DNA of 64,000 nucleotides from Lineus longissimus (Eukaryota): NCBI RefSeq assembly GCF_910592395.1, contig NC_088308.1, positions 868,001 to 932,000 of the forward strand, read 5' to 3'. Shown piece by piece: positions 51,517 to 64,000 of this stretch (position 1 is its first letter; each line of letters starts with the position of its first letter). The notes under the pieces were generated by a model. It saw only the letters and a program-made list of their open reading frames with translations, ran no database searches and was not told where the DNA came from. The position numbers and the translations under genes were made by a program.

Positions 51517-54500
51517 GTAAGGGCTGCCTATTGCTTCTGATTAAAGTTAGATTATCAATGTCTTTCCCATCACGCCATTGTGTCATATCCTGACTTATGC
51601 AGGCCATTAATGTGATGGACGGAATGTATCAATTGGCATACGATCAAAGTCCTAAGAGAAGACATGACGAAATGATATTGAGACCTCAATGAAAGAACTT
51701 TTTGAGCTGTGGAAGAAATTTTTATTTAGCCGGGTAAATGATTCATAAAACGGTACCCTAAGTGGTTTCCACTTAGGCTTTAATCGTGGCATGTGTTTTG
51801 GCCTCCAATCTCTGATTACGATCAAATCGTACCAACAGTTGAATCACGCCGAATGAGAAGGAATATCTGCAGGAAATAAAATTATTGCGCTACCGTACAC
51901 ACAACCTGTCGAATGCAACCGTGAGTTTTCAACATAACTAACTTTGTTTGATCAGTATCAGTTTAGACCACTTGAATCCACACACGTCGATGGTAGACAC
52001 AATATCTATTTGAAACGAAATCATTGAGCTGCAAAAAGCGATGAATGTTTTCCTGGAAGCAATCTCAAGTGAGAATTGCTGATGACGGGAGCAAAGATAA
52101 ATCACTCATTGCTCTGTGTAGGCTGGGTATACTGCTCCCAAGAGGCTATCAATTTGTGCTGTCTGCTATCATAACAATGTACGTTACCATTGAATAACGG
52201 TAAGCCGTCATACGCATTACATCAATAGGTATAATTCGACCATTTTTACATCTTGACCATTGATCCCGCAACCATATTCGTTTTATGACCGATAGGGATC
52301 GATCCAGTAAAAGCAGCCATGTCTGATTTGGCGTATGATATACGGGTAGATATCGAAAGCAGAAGGAATTTCGGAGACTTCGAGAACAAACGTTCCCACA
52401 TTCCGTATATATGTGGGAAAATGTAGTAAAATACACGAAAATGCCCAAATAAATACTGAAACTGAATTTGGAATTTGGAATTAAAGATATAACGTCCTTA
52501 GGAAATGTAACGTAACACTTCGAACAATTGGGCACAATCGTGGTCGTATGGAAGTTGCCATGGCTGTTTTTTTTCCTTCAGCATGATTATGTCCTGGCAT
52601 TCCGCAGTTGCACATTAGAAAGTGCAAGCATGTTAATCAGCGATATAATGCCTCCTGCAGCTTGGCAGGTTATTAACTTCGTCCGTAAAGAAGGGGCAGA
52701 TGGTGTGAAGTCAACTTCTTTGAGTCTGTCCATCACTGCAATGGGAAAGAATAATCAAAACGTGTAAATGGCATCAGCCATTGGGGCACACTGATAAGGC
52801 TTCACTCCAGCATGTAGTAGTTGGTTTCAACTCTTTGACATGATTAAAGAAAGAGAAAAAGACATTTCCGATAAGATGTAAATACTCTCCGGTCATTCAA
52901 TGCTGCCCTGGCCTACCCATGACTAAATAAATGTCTGACAGTGAAGAACGGTTACCAAGAACAGAGTATATAATGTTCGTCTGTTGATGGAACAGATAGC
53001 ATAAATCAATTATAACATCACCATTTCTGTTGCTAGAAGAGATGGTAAGAGTTTCGCAGTTAAAGTAAAACTTCCAATGTTGTGTATGGTTTAAGAAAGA
53101 TTGAAACTAGGAATACCTTGGTGAGGTTGGTGTCAAGTTGAAATTTCTTGCCTATGATGGCCTTGATACGCGAAAGAAAAGTGTCTCAAGTGCCAGTGAC
53201 CATATTATGCTTGTTGATGCAAGCTATTGTTTGTCTAGACCTTAGCTGACGATATATCCAAGGGCTGCACTGCTTTTGAACTCAAACAGTTACACGTACT
53301 ATATACGTATTTCAGAAGGAAGGCAACTTCCAATCCATTGTAACAAGCAGATCACGTGCAATCTTAACGAGAAGGCAAAGGATGGGTGGCCAATTATCAA
53401 AGCAGTGGCTGGGATTTCAATGGGTGGAAAAGACATTCAGTGGTCAACTGATACTGTGCCAGTATTGGTGTGTATTTATGGCCTCGGTGATACAAGTGCT
53501 GTGTAAACCTACAGAAGAAAAATCACCAGAGGCAGAATATACAAAGTTGCCCTACACCAAAACTGCTACTCCATTAAGACATTCGATTTAACATATACAA
53601 TACTATTGTATCCAAGTGCCAGGAAGTACTTTTAGTGCTAAATGTTTTTGTTGGCTTGTCACTTGTAAAGGACCTGGTTATTTCGAAACCGCGGAAAACT
53701 CAAGGCTTCAGCCCGTCACTCTCAAAAGCTGCCATGCTGCATGATCTGCTGTTCGTCAAAATGATTGCGTGGAAATGAACTCACGATTTACCTCGACTCT
53801 GCCTGGTCATGGTAAAAATGTAAGAAATACACCTAATGAGCTTACATAAGATTCAAGTTGTCACTGCTCACGATTCACGACGTCATATGACATGCCGCAT
53901 GTTGCGAGTATGTTCATTGACATGACATGACAAGTAGATAAAAGGTGACAACATGAATCCTATATAGCCACCCTTTGGAAACGACTTTAAGATCTTTAAA
54001 GCGTCTCTTCTACGAGGTATCTATTCAAAACCAGTAGCAGTAGCTTGGTCAGCCAACATTAGTCATTCCAGCCGGGTCATATAAAGGGTAGTTGGAGACG
54101 GGGCAACGACTGTTTTATTACCATTTGCATTTGTTATGTGAGTTTGAATCGTTGACCAAACACAGAGCCTTAGAAGCCTGTCGAATGTATGTGCAATGTA
54201 GGCCGTGCCCAGTGAGATTGTACCACACATACGACACACACTTGCGTGTGTTTATCATTGATGACAGAGGCTTCCGTAACCTTTTCGCCAACGGACGCCT
54301 TCGTCATATGAGATTCAGTCAAATTCACTACTTTCCAAGATAACACATCCTTCGTTTTAGCAAAGACAAATTGGTAGACAAAGAGTATCACTTATGTATG
54401 TTCATGGTACTTCAAGAATACTTAGTAGCACCTGTTCTGACCAATTTATGTTTGGGATCATGACATCGGCTTTGTTGTGGCTAATACTTGTTCCATAGCC

Positions 54501-57500
54501 CTCCTTTTATTTGAGAACATTCCGGCAGCATTAGTCAGCCACTCTGTTGGTCGGATATCTTCTTTATCGAAACAACTTTTTTACGAATCTGGGTGGTTTT
54601 TTTCTTGTCACTGTGAAATTGATTGACACGCACAAACCCTGCTCGTAAAAACCGATCCAACCAATGTTTTCTCTTGTCCTTTTCTTAATGACTCAATGTG
54701 TGTGGGCGAAAGGACCAAAGCAGGATTTGCTCTGTACAGAAATCTAGCTCACTCCTCATCAAACTGGTAGTTAAACTGTTGTTTGAAATATTCAGATGAC
54801 TTCCAGGAACCCTCCCTCGCGATTCTAAATGAACACTGATTTGCCTTTTTTGCATAATAATCATTCCGATTGTATCCCTTATCTCGTGTTAAACGGAGCC
54901 TATTAAGCTCTTGTTAATCGATTCCAATGGTAATATTAAGCAGTAGATGCGCACGAGAGATGGTGAAGTGATTCGATGATTCAGAGACCGTGACTTGACA
55001 ACACATCGAATACCCTGCAACAGTGAAACTCCATTTCCATATCGGAACTCTTAAAAGGAATTTAGAACCAGGATCGTATCTTTGTTTTTTATGATTAGTT
55101 AAGGTTACATTTCATTAATCTTTTTTCCCTGGGTGGGGGTGGAGATTTGAATCGCTTTATCACTACTAATGGCGTTGTTGTCTTGGCATTTGCTACTCCA
55201 ATGTCACCTACGCGCCGGGTGTCATCTAGCTGAATTTTAACTCACGCTGATGCAATATATTGTCACCACGTTGGCTGATTCCGAATCCTGCATTGCCATG
55301 ATCTCTTTTAAAAATTGACTACTCGAGCTTTATAATCCGCTAGATTGATGAGGAATATGTGGGCATCCAGAAGACGCCAGCATCTACTCGGAGGACAACA
55401 TCACTTACTTATATACAGTGTTATATACAGTGCTATAATAGGCTGGTGGAAAAATTGGCTGGAGGTTTTTCCTAATTTTGCTGTTCGCTGACTTCGTATA
55501 TATTTCACGATCAGACTTGTTTTGTAAACCTTATCATTATGACCACAGAGACATACGAAGTTAAGGACGCTAGACACTAAGTACTCATAAGTAGCTTATC
55601 AGGATAATGGGGTGTCTGAAACAATTTCCAAGAGTACCTATGTAAGTGGAAGACAGAGTAGGTTGGCCATCTGGAAATCAAGTCCTATTCTCTCCTTGCT
55701 ACTGTTGAAACTCATTTAGCATAACCAATGGCTCGTGTCTTCGACCCCAGCCAGTAACTAGATACAGCTTAGACAGTGATTAGGACAACGACCTCACTTG
55801 GTCCATTGTCGACGTCTACCATGTCTGTATTCATTCCACGACGAATGGAGCAACGACATGGCCACATGCAGCTTAACTCTGCAGAAATACTGCACAGAGT
55901 TACCAAATAGTTTGTTGAGAAGTGACTTGTAACCGAACCTCTCTTTACTAATAACCAATTCTCGTTGTAGTTTCCTTGCTCGTAATAGGACATGACTGTT
56001 GTAAAGGCATCAGTTCGAAACTGTTCACAGCTTCCCTGAAGACCTTAATGATCGATGTGCTCTATCTCGTTTAACATAAAGACAATCAGTGGACCAGTTC
56101 CTCTCCATCAATGCCTGTCGTCTTCCTATTCATCCACGTACTTCTCCCTGATGCCATTCTCCATGTTCAGGTCAGGCTAACGAGTTAATTGCTGGAGAAA
56201 TAGTCAAGTTCCACCCCATGAAGTTTGATAGCTGCTGCTGGCGTTATATCATGCTGAACTCCTACCACATTTAGCTTATTCATTTGCGGAATAACGAAAC
56301 ACTCACACTGAGAACAACTGAGCAATTTTTCATAGGGAAATCTTATCATTTCGACATTCGAAAAGGCATGATGCAGGAATTCATAACAGTTTGATTCTTA
56401 TCAGTATCACGCACGGCAGCACGGGAATCTGTCATAATAGAGTGTGGCAGAAGTATAATGAATTTTGACCGGTGTTGATAACTGTTTCTAAAGGTATGAT
56501 AAAACCATACGGGTTAACATCCCGCTGCTTTATCCATCGGAGAGACAGCAGATCCACGCTTGATCAGTATAGAGTGGCCCTTGTTAGTCATGAGCAAATA
56601 TCGGCCAGGAAAGAACATACATTTGTACATGACGTATGGTCAATTCACATCAAAGTGTTTTCATACATGCTCCATATTACATTAGTACGTTATACGAGAA
56701 GGTTTACTTCGACCTTCTCGTCAGACTTTCATTGTCATGACTGTGAAACATAATCCCAGGCGAAAAAGCCCAGGTTAGCGAGATGACATTTAAGATCTGA
56801 ATTGATGGCTGTCTTACCACCTGTTAATTTTGGTTCTTGCACCCGTTACTGACACAGAGCATATTGGCCACACCGATCAATCTATCAATGTCTTAACCTT
56901 AATGTCGCATCAAATCCTTTGACTTTCCGTGCCAACTATTGGACATTTGTCACTATCATATACATCAAACATGTCATCCCTACCTTGGCTCCCATTGCGC
57001 TAAATGGTTCTCTTTATGATTTATCATTCGGTCAGGCGATAATTCTACCGGATATCACGTGTGTTGACACGTCTAATGCAGCAGAAAATGACGCAGTAAT
57101 GGATATTTTTATGTGTGTGGAAATAATTCCTTTTTATGTAGCTTGACCATGGCACTGGAACATTGTTTTAGTGGTCGCCTATATTGGAGATCAGTTTGCA
57201 CATTAGATCAGCCGTTCAATGGTATGGTACTTACAACTTGCAGTTTAAAACTAATTCTAGCGTTTATCCTGATCACCCAAAAGACAAGGATTCGAACAAA
57301 GAAAAAAAGGACGATATCTCTCCTGCATGTGAGTCAAAAAAGACTCAAAGCTGTGATTCTCTCGTCCTCATTACCTCGATTGCATCATAGTGGCAGTCAT
57401 TCCGGTGCCACTCAGGCGGAGGTTGCCGGTTCCACAAACATTGATTCGGATGTAGCTTTTTAAGTACAAGTAAACACTCGTCATGCCTTTTTACGTCACG

Positions 57501-58746
57501 AACCATTCACGTATCAACTCTAATGCACGTCATTCTTTATTTTACAAAATATTTGAGCAATCGCCGGATGGCATGGCGACGACTATTTTGGGAAGTGTAA
57601 TATTAAGTAGGCTCAATATGTAGTCAGGGTTATTGCTGAGAAACTTCTTTTTAATGTGAAAATATAAATCAAATAGCGTGACTCAATGCCAAGGTCGGCT
57701 CTGTCAATTCCATCATCTAATGTTCGAAAGTGGAACACATACTGTGACTTTTAGCAGCGTTATTTTAGCCTTAAAACTACTTTCGACCTTTGAAACCACT
57801 ACATTTTCGCTAACAAATCTCACATGAAATGCGCCTCCATTTCCAGGTGCCAAGATCTCACCAAGTTAATGCATGTCAATAGTTCCAAACCTACATAATA
57901 TCCGCCGCTTTTTACTGTCTGAGAGTCCCCTTTTAGCGTGTCACCTTGCCACTTATATCGACTACTGACATATTGTGGGTGAGGATATGAGAGGTGTAGA
58001 CTCCGGTGCTAACCGTCAGGCCACCCTACTTCCTCAGCATATATGACTCCTGACGTATGTGGTCCTATCTTTCACGACAACCCACATCTTGCTCAAGCCA
58101 TCAGAATACTAATGTCATGATCTCAAGCTCCAGATTCTACGGGACAAGATTTCGTAATACTTTCAAATCCGCCGTGAACAAGGATTTGTGGGGTCCACCC
58201 CATCGTCTCTAATCTTACGGGTTTCACAGTAACGTCATGCCTTGTGCAAATCAGCATAATGACTTTTCTGCAGTGTGATGTATCACATTCTAACACAGGG
58301 CAGAAATGCGATTTGCGAGACGGATGGGGATGTAGAGCTTTGGTGAGGTAGTTAGGATTGGTCGCTTTATTACGAAAATTGGTTCGGGAAGTGTATGACC
58401 AAAAAACCCGCTCCACTTGGCGCAGGCAGGAATGGCACTGGACATTTCGACTCCTCTCAACTCGGACGCAAATTGAAAACGTGGGTTTCAACTTAGAAAT
58501 CTAAAAAATACCTCAAAAATTGAATTTATTCATTTGGATTGGGATGAGATGATACGAAAATAATCAAAACCATTCAAGTTTCCTTTGTTCAAATATGGAT
58601 TTACACACTTTTGATCAAACGGGATAAACAGTTTCATTTCGAAATATCAAAATGGATAATACAATTGAAGACAATGGGACGGATTACCGATGCAATTGTT
58701 TTCAATTGGTGCTAAAAATTGAGGATTTATCCCCGATATTTTGACA

Positions 58747-58790
58747 ATGGCGCTGCGAAACGGATTACGGAAATACACGCACAAGTACAG
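58747..58790 (+). CDS. Candidate alternative first coding exon (MALRNGLRKYTHKY-R/S, phase 2)
   Basis: ACAATGG start context and donor CAG|GTAGGA, preceded by an AT-rich leader-like region. Confidence 0.4.
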
Positions 58791-59699
58791 GTAGGACATG
58801 CTTTTGTTTCATGTAAAAAAACACTAATAGGTTATGTGGACTTGATGTTTCAGAGTTTGCAGATTGGCAAAATCTTAATTAAACATATTCTTTTTCGTTA
58901 GTGTGACGTTTGAGCGAGGACTGATGTATCAGTCTAAATGTCCCCCTGAAAAAGCGTCATTCCCTATTGCGTGTATTATGATGGATTAAGACATATTTAT
59001 AGATAGCGTCTAATGGAATCCTTTGTATTGGAGAAACTCTGTCCCACTGCCAGAATATTTAAAAGTGCTGCACCTATCGATCATTTTCAGTGAAAGGGCG
59101 CTACGAAGAGTTATTTTATCTTTTTGTAAGAAAAAATGAACTTAACGAAAAAAAACCCACAACAAGTCAATAGACTTTGTAATATCTGCTGCTAGTCCTT
59201 AACGACCTACAATACCTGTACCGACGATATACGTAGGTACATCATTTGAACCCGGAATAGACACCTAATAGTGGTGATATAATAACAATCAGATATATTT
59301 TTTCCCAGAAAGAGAGTACTGTCCTGATATGAAACATATAGAACATAACTTGATCAGCTCGTACGTAAACGACAAAGCTTACCACACTTCTGATTAACAA
59401 TGTGAAGTGGGCGATTGAAATACAAACGAATTTAATGGATACATCATCGAAGCTTACGCCAAAATATGTCACTCGTTCGTCCTGTGCAATTCGGTATCTT
59501 TATCCATACAGCTATGGATCACCGTAAAATTGTCATACCACGATACAGTCGTTTGTTATCATCCTTTGAACTGTCATACTGGACAATCAGAGTATTCGAT
59601 TTGGCGATGTGCGCCCGAACCAATAGGATAGGACTATCTTTACCCATACAAATTATTTCATTTTATTTAATTCGAACTGCATTATTGTCAATGTTGGAT

Positions 59700-60400
59700 G
59701 TCTCGGATTGTGATCAAACCAGGTTGACAGTCCTCGCTCTCTCTCTAGTCAATATTGTCACGGTTTTGCGTCAGTCTTCATCGGTATAACACTGGGACAC
59801 AAAACTGTTTAAGCTGTATGAAGGCCTGGGCTTTGAAATGTTACCCCTCTTGAAACACGATCTACTATGCATTAGCATCAAATAGATTGACTTTTGCATT
59901 GATGGTAACTGGAGAGTGGTAAAACCTTTGGCTAAATCACTGGCCGACAAACATGAGAAAAAATTAGATTCAGCAGTTGGTGGGCGCCTATCTCCATCGT
60001 GGATGAGAACTGCATATGAGCAAGACCTTTTCACCCGGTACATGATCGATGTTCAATATGTACTCCGGCATATATTTAACATACACCACCCTCTGAACGA
60101 AATCTTCGAAACTCGTGTTCATGACTTTATTGATTGTCCGGGGGAGAAATCTCCCTAGTCGTATAACTCACGTTTTCTATCACCATTCGTTCGGCTGAGT
60201 GTCCCGAGTCCCATCGATATTCGCGGCAGCCCACAGGGGCCTTGTTCTCAGCGGCTGTCTGTCAACCATCAATAATTTGAAGAGGAGTTTCTTTGTTCCT
60301 CAGAATCAACCTGACTACGATTATAAGATAAGATTCTGTATCTAGATCTAATCCGTTTTTTATGAACATGCACGATCGTTACCAGGTTCTTTTAAGATTC
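59700..60400 (-). mobile_element. Possible decayed LINE AP-endonuclease fragment
   Basis: NTSFE...RRPPTAESNFFSCLS...LNSFVSQ loosely follows the SFE...YRPP...F...L..F.L.Q order of CR1/L2 endonucleases. Confidence 0.3.
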
Positions 60401-61547
60401 AAGTTCTCATATAAGTAGGCCGGCAGTACGTTCCCTCTCAACATTCGTGTATGATTCTTTTAAACAAGATTGTGGTATCACTGACTTAAATATTGTCAGG
60501 AGCCGCTCAATACCATGTGGTGGCTACAACGCTCGTCTACTGGTCAAAGGGTCCCTGAGTCAAACCCAACAGTCGCCGCCAGGCTCCAGGCATGTAGTTT
60601 GGTAATTTTTTGCTTTGACTGTCAACATACAGTATTTTCGTTCTATTCACACGTCGTCCATGGGCTGCCCTTGATGCACTTTTAAAGCCTTCCTTATAGT
60701 ACGTTTACTTTTCGCTATTTTGATATATTGAGAAGATAACGTATTCAAGTCACACTTCTAAGAAGAAAAACGACCTAAATTATGATGTCTCCGTGGTAAT
60801 GGAAGATGCCTTTAATGGTCCAGCTTCACGTTGTTTACCCTGCTGCTAAATTGTGAGTCTTAGTTGATGAACCAACGCAGAAGGTACTTTACTGATGTTA
60901 GATAATACAGCGTTCGTTTCTTCAAGCATTGTTGAGTGTAGGGTCTTCAAACAGGACACCATCAATATTTAAATTTCTACAGAAAGTACGATATTGTGTA
61001 TGTTTATGTTTTGACAAGATATATGTGGTATGATCCGATTTAGAAGAATGGTCAACGGAATTTGTACTCAATGTCTTCTATACGGAGCTTATGAGTACAC
61101 TGAATGTTTAAAACAAAATCTTTTAACGGCGAGGAGCCGAGAGTGTACAGGTTCTTGAAAGTGTAGCGACTTCTCTCAACTGTATTCCTCTTGGAAGTGC
61201 AGTGACTTCTCGCCCGGCCCGCCGGTAATTCATCAGGATGCCGCACAGCGAACACGTTAACTGGGGCGAAATCCGCAAGATAAGCCCCATTACCCGTTTA
61301 CTTTGCATAGCGGAAATAAAAGCGAGGATATACACACTATGTCGCGTGTGTGAAATGCTCATATCATGATTGTGATCAGTGTTTGTGTGTCTGTTAACAG
61401 AAAGACGCTTAGGAGCGCTCACCAAATGGCTTAATGAGTTAGATTTCGAATCCGTAGTAGGATGAAAATTGTGACTTGTTTGCCTGTAGAGACCAATAGT
61501 TCATTGACTGTTGACTGGATCCAGTAGTCCACGGGGCCTGTTTGTTC

Positions 61548-61648
61548 AAAACAGTCTTCGTCACAAACTTGGCGTTAACTTTAACTTTGTGTTACACGCT
61601 ACAGTTAAGCCCATTAGACTTAACGCCAAATTTGTGACAAACCTGTTT
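61548..61648. mobile_element. Short degenerate MITE-like inverted repeat
   Basis: GTCACAAACTTGGCGTTAA ... TTAACGCCAAATTTGTGAC. Confidence 0.45.
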
Positions 61649-62349
61649 CGTGCAAAAGCTCTACGATTGTTCAACCTCTACTGTGAGATGAATTGTATTG
61701 TGGAGACCAAGTCAAGTTGGCCTTAAAACTAAGTGCCACAGTGTCATTTCTGTTCTAGCAAGATTCAAGCAATACGTCTTCCCAAAGTCCCGTGGCGATG
61801 ATCCCAGACGATGTCGTTCCCTCTTTTATCACATCGCCGACCGCCCCATCCGGAGACCTTGATTTATTAGCAACTCTACGGTCGTAAAGGTGCAAGATCT
61901 TTCACTATTGATGTCTTACAGAGATCACAGCTTTCCTTGACACGCCTTGTCCGAGAAGAAATTATTCTTTTTTCATGCAGACGCTTTCAAATATGGCAAA
62001 CATCGACGTATCGATATGATGCCGTATTATATCGATGCTGTAGTTTCCTCGTAACACGTGTAAAGTGGAAGCCTAGATGGATGAGATACGCGATCAGTGA
62101 TGTGAATGAATACGATTTTGTTAATCCCGAGATGTCTTGGAATGTACGAACCTGTGCTTTTTGTACTGTGAATGTCTAAATCTGAAGCATTTGGCACGTG
62201 TAGGAAAATAGTGTTCGAGAACATGCATATTTGAAATGAACAGGACTTTCGAACGACCTACGTCTGAAAGTTTCTCGACCAAGCCACATACATACAGGAA
62301 CGCGTTCAGGATGTCAAGTCATGTCATCCATTTTGAGTAATGTGTACTG

Positions 62350-62480
62350 CTCCGCCCCATCCTAGAACTTTAGAGCACAGAAGCTTTAAGCTGGTTGTAT
62401 GTCGGAGGGCTCCGCCCCATCCTCGACCTTCAGTGCACTGAACCCCTGAACTAATCATATGTCAAAGGTCTCCACCCTAA
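62350..62480. repeat. Diverged 60-bp tandem duplication
   Basis: CTCCGCCCCATCCT at 62350 and 62410, with a degenerate third start at 62470. Confidence 0.6.
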
Positions 62481-62910
62481 CACTGCAGAGCCTGCTAATA
62501 AACATCACGATTTCCGTATCTATTCAAGCAATTCTATGAGCCAATTCCTGAGTTGACGCTACGAGCAGCTTAATCGTCTCAAATTTCAACTGGCAATTTT
62601 CTTTGGCTGGTTGATTTCAATCAATAGTTGGACGCCCTGTGTTTTACAGGCAGCTGGGTCTCTTCAACTGCTGCTTAGACTTGCGGGTTTCGGTGCTTGA
62701 CATTAACACAGTCCGATGCCCATATGGAGATTACAGCAACACCTATCCTGCTAGTTGGTAGAAAATCAGTGTACGTTTCATCAGATGGCTGAACACCAAA
62801 GTATAACTGTGTAACTTTTTGTGAGGTTGATACTTTTCCCATTGATGTCAAATTGTAATTGAATTTGAATTGTCCATTCACCGCTTAAAAAGAGTTTTGG
62901 TAGGTCAAAC

Positions 62911-62930
62911 CATGGAGGTATTCCTCCATG
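62911..62930. mobile_element. 20-bp P-element-like footprint
   Basis: CATGGAGG-TATT-CCTCCATG flanked by a 7-bp direct repeat GTCAAAC. Confidence 0.45.
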
Positions 62931-64000
62931 GTCAAACCTACCAACCAACCGATGTCCGCCCAATATCCCCAAAGATAAGACCTTGAGCCTGAGTCACTTG
63001 TGCTTTTATCACGTTACATCCCAGGTCGGGTTCACCGGCCAAGCTTCCAGTAGGACTTTTTCATACGTGGTGCCTGTGTGCGCCGATCACTTATTCGGAT
63101 GTGAGGGTAAACATTTTACTTACATTACAAAATGTCTTGAACATCGTGCTCCAGCACTGTACGTGCTTGAGACTAACTTTGATGATGCACAGATCTCTTA
63201 TACATTGTGTTGGCGCCAATTGAAATAATTACAGTTTACGTTATTTACTGTTAATAATTGGACAAATATAAGGTAATAATTTCACTTCTTAATAATATGT
63301 TATTGATACAACTGCCTCATAAAATAAGATGCGCGAGTAACAGATCGTTTAAAAATCACCGTCGGTGTTAAACCTTGACAGATACAATGTATAATTCAGT
63401 GAAAGTGGCATATTTATCAACTATGTAAACGCCACAATGAGTTTTAGATGATTTAAAAAATGTCATCTGTTGAAGAGGCAAGCGATTGAAATAATGCCAA
63501 ACCTAGTTAACAAATAGCTCTGGCTTCTCGTGTTATCGCAGGTTCTGCTCACAGGGCGCTAATATGCTCTTTATCCGATCACATCATACCTATGCACATC
63601 ATACTTGCATTGTATTGAATACCGGCTAGACTCGGGCAAAGTTGACATACTCTCTTTTACACATTAAGAGGTAACACGATTGAAAGGTAACGCAGCCCAA
63701 TTCTATGTTCAATTAGCTACTAGAATTGTACATTTCCAATGGTGGTCATTACTATTTATCTTTGACCTTCTAATATTGATAGTGGGTGGTGTCACCAAGT
63801 TTACGAGGACTGACCTTTTAATGTGTAAAAGAGAGTATATCATAAGTCATGACCAATCGCCCCTTCGTCTTTTCCATACACATTCACACGTTTCCAGTTC
63901 CTAGCCATAGCAAGGCACTCACTATCAACGGTGTTTGAGTACGTTAATTACTAAGATATAGGAGCCAGTCATACAATGCTGGCTAACATAACCACAGTTA

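Noticed and set aside
34800..64000. Remaining 60-180 aa ORFs in the track
   Set aside because: No recognisable domains, mostly TTG/GTG starts, and lengths expected by chance in intronic DNA.

Overview
Animal (invertebrate-like, about 40% GC) genomic DNA with spliceosomal introns. Most ORFs in the supplied track are spurious or read through into introns. Bases 1-28313 are the end of a head-to-tail tandem array of a near-identical unit of about 5.15 kb; units are 5.2-8.3 kb once extra segments are counted. Each unit holds one four-exon gene for a small secreted prepropeptide of 68-76 aa. Four complete copies are present, plus the 3' UTR of a fifth. Exon 1 (signal peptide) is identical in all copies, and exon 2 (pro region) and the introns are nearly identical. 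The approximately 60-nt exon 3 is hypervariable and encodes four different Cys-free, basic/aromatic C-terminal peptides: KTKFGWYYPRPH, KTIIFGSYYPWLFVFSRPMIK, KTIIFGRNYPRRGVFSRP and KIKFEWNYPPLVVF, sharing K..F-x-x-[YN]-Y-P. This resembles a toxin or defence-peptide library, and I do not recognise the family. A deleted Ginger1 DNA transposon sits in the promoter of one copy, and the array ends inside a deleted PIF/Harbinger element. About 2 kb further on is a compact stand-alone SET/post-SET methyltransferase. Bases 33000-64000 look like the long 5' intronic region of a large + strand gene, with three candidate phase-2 first exons, a 9-nt microexon, decayed LINE/SINE/MITE fragments and minisatellites. 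All calls are by eye; no searches were run.
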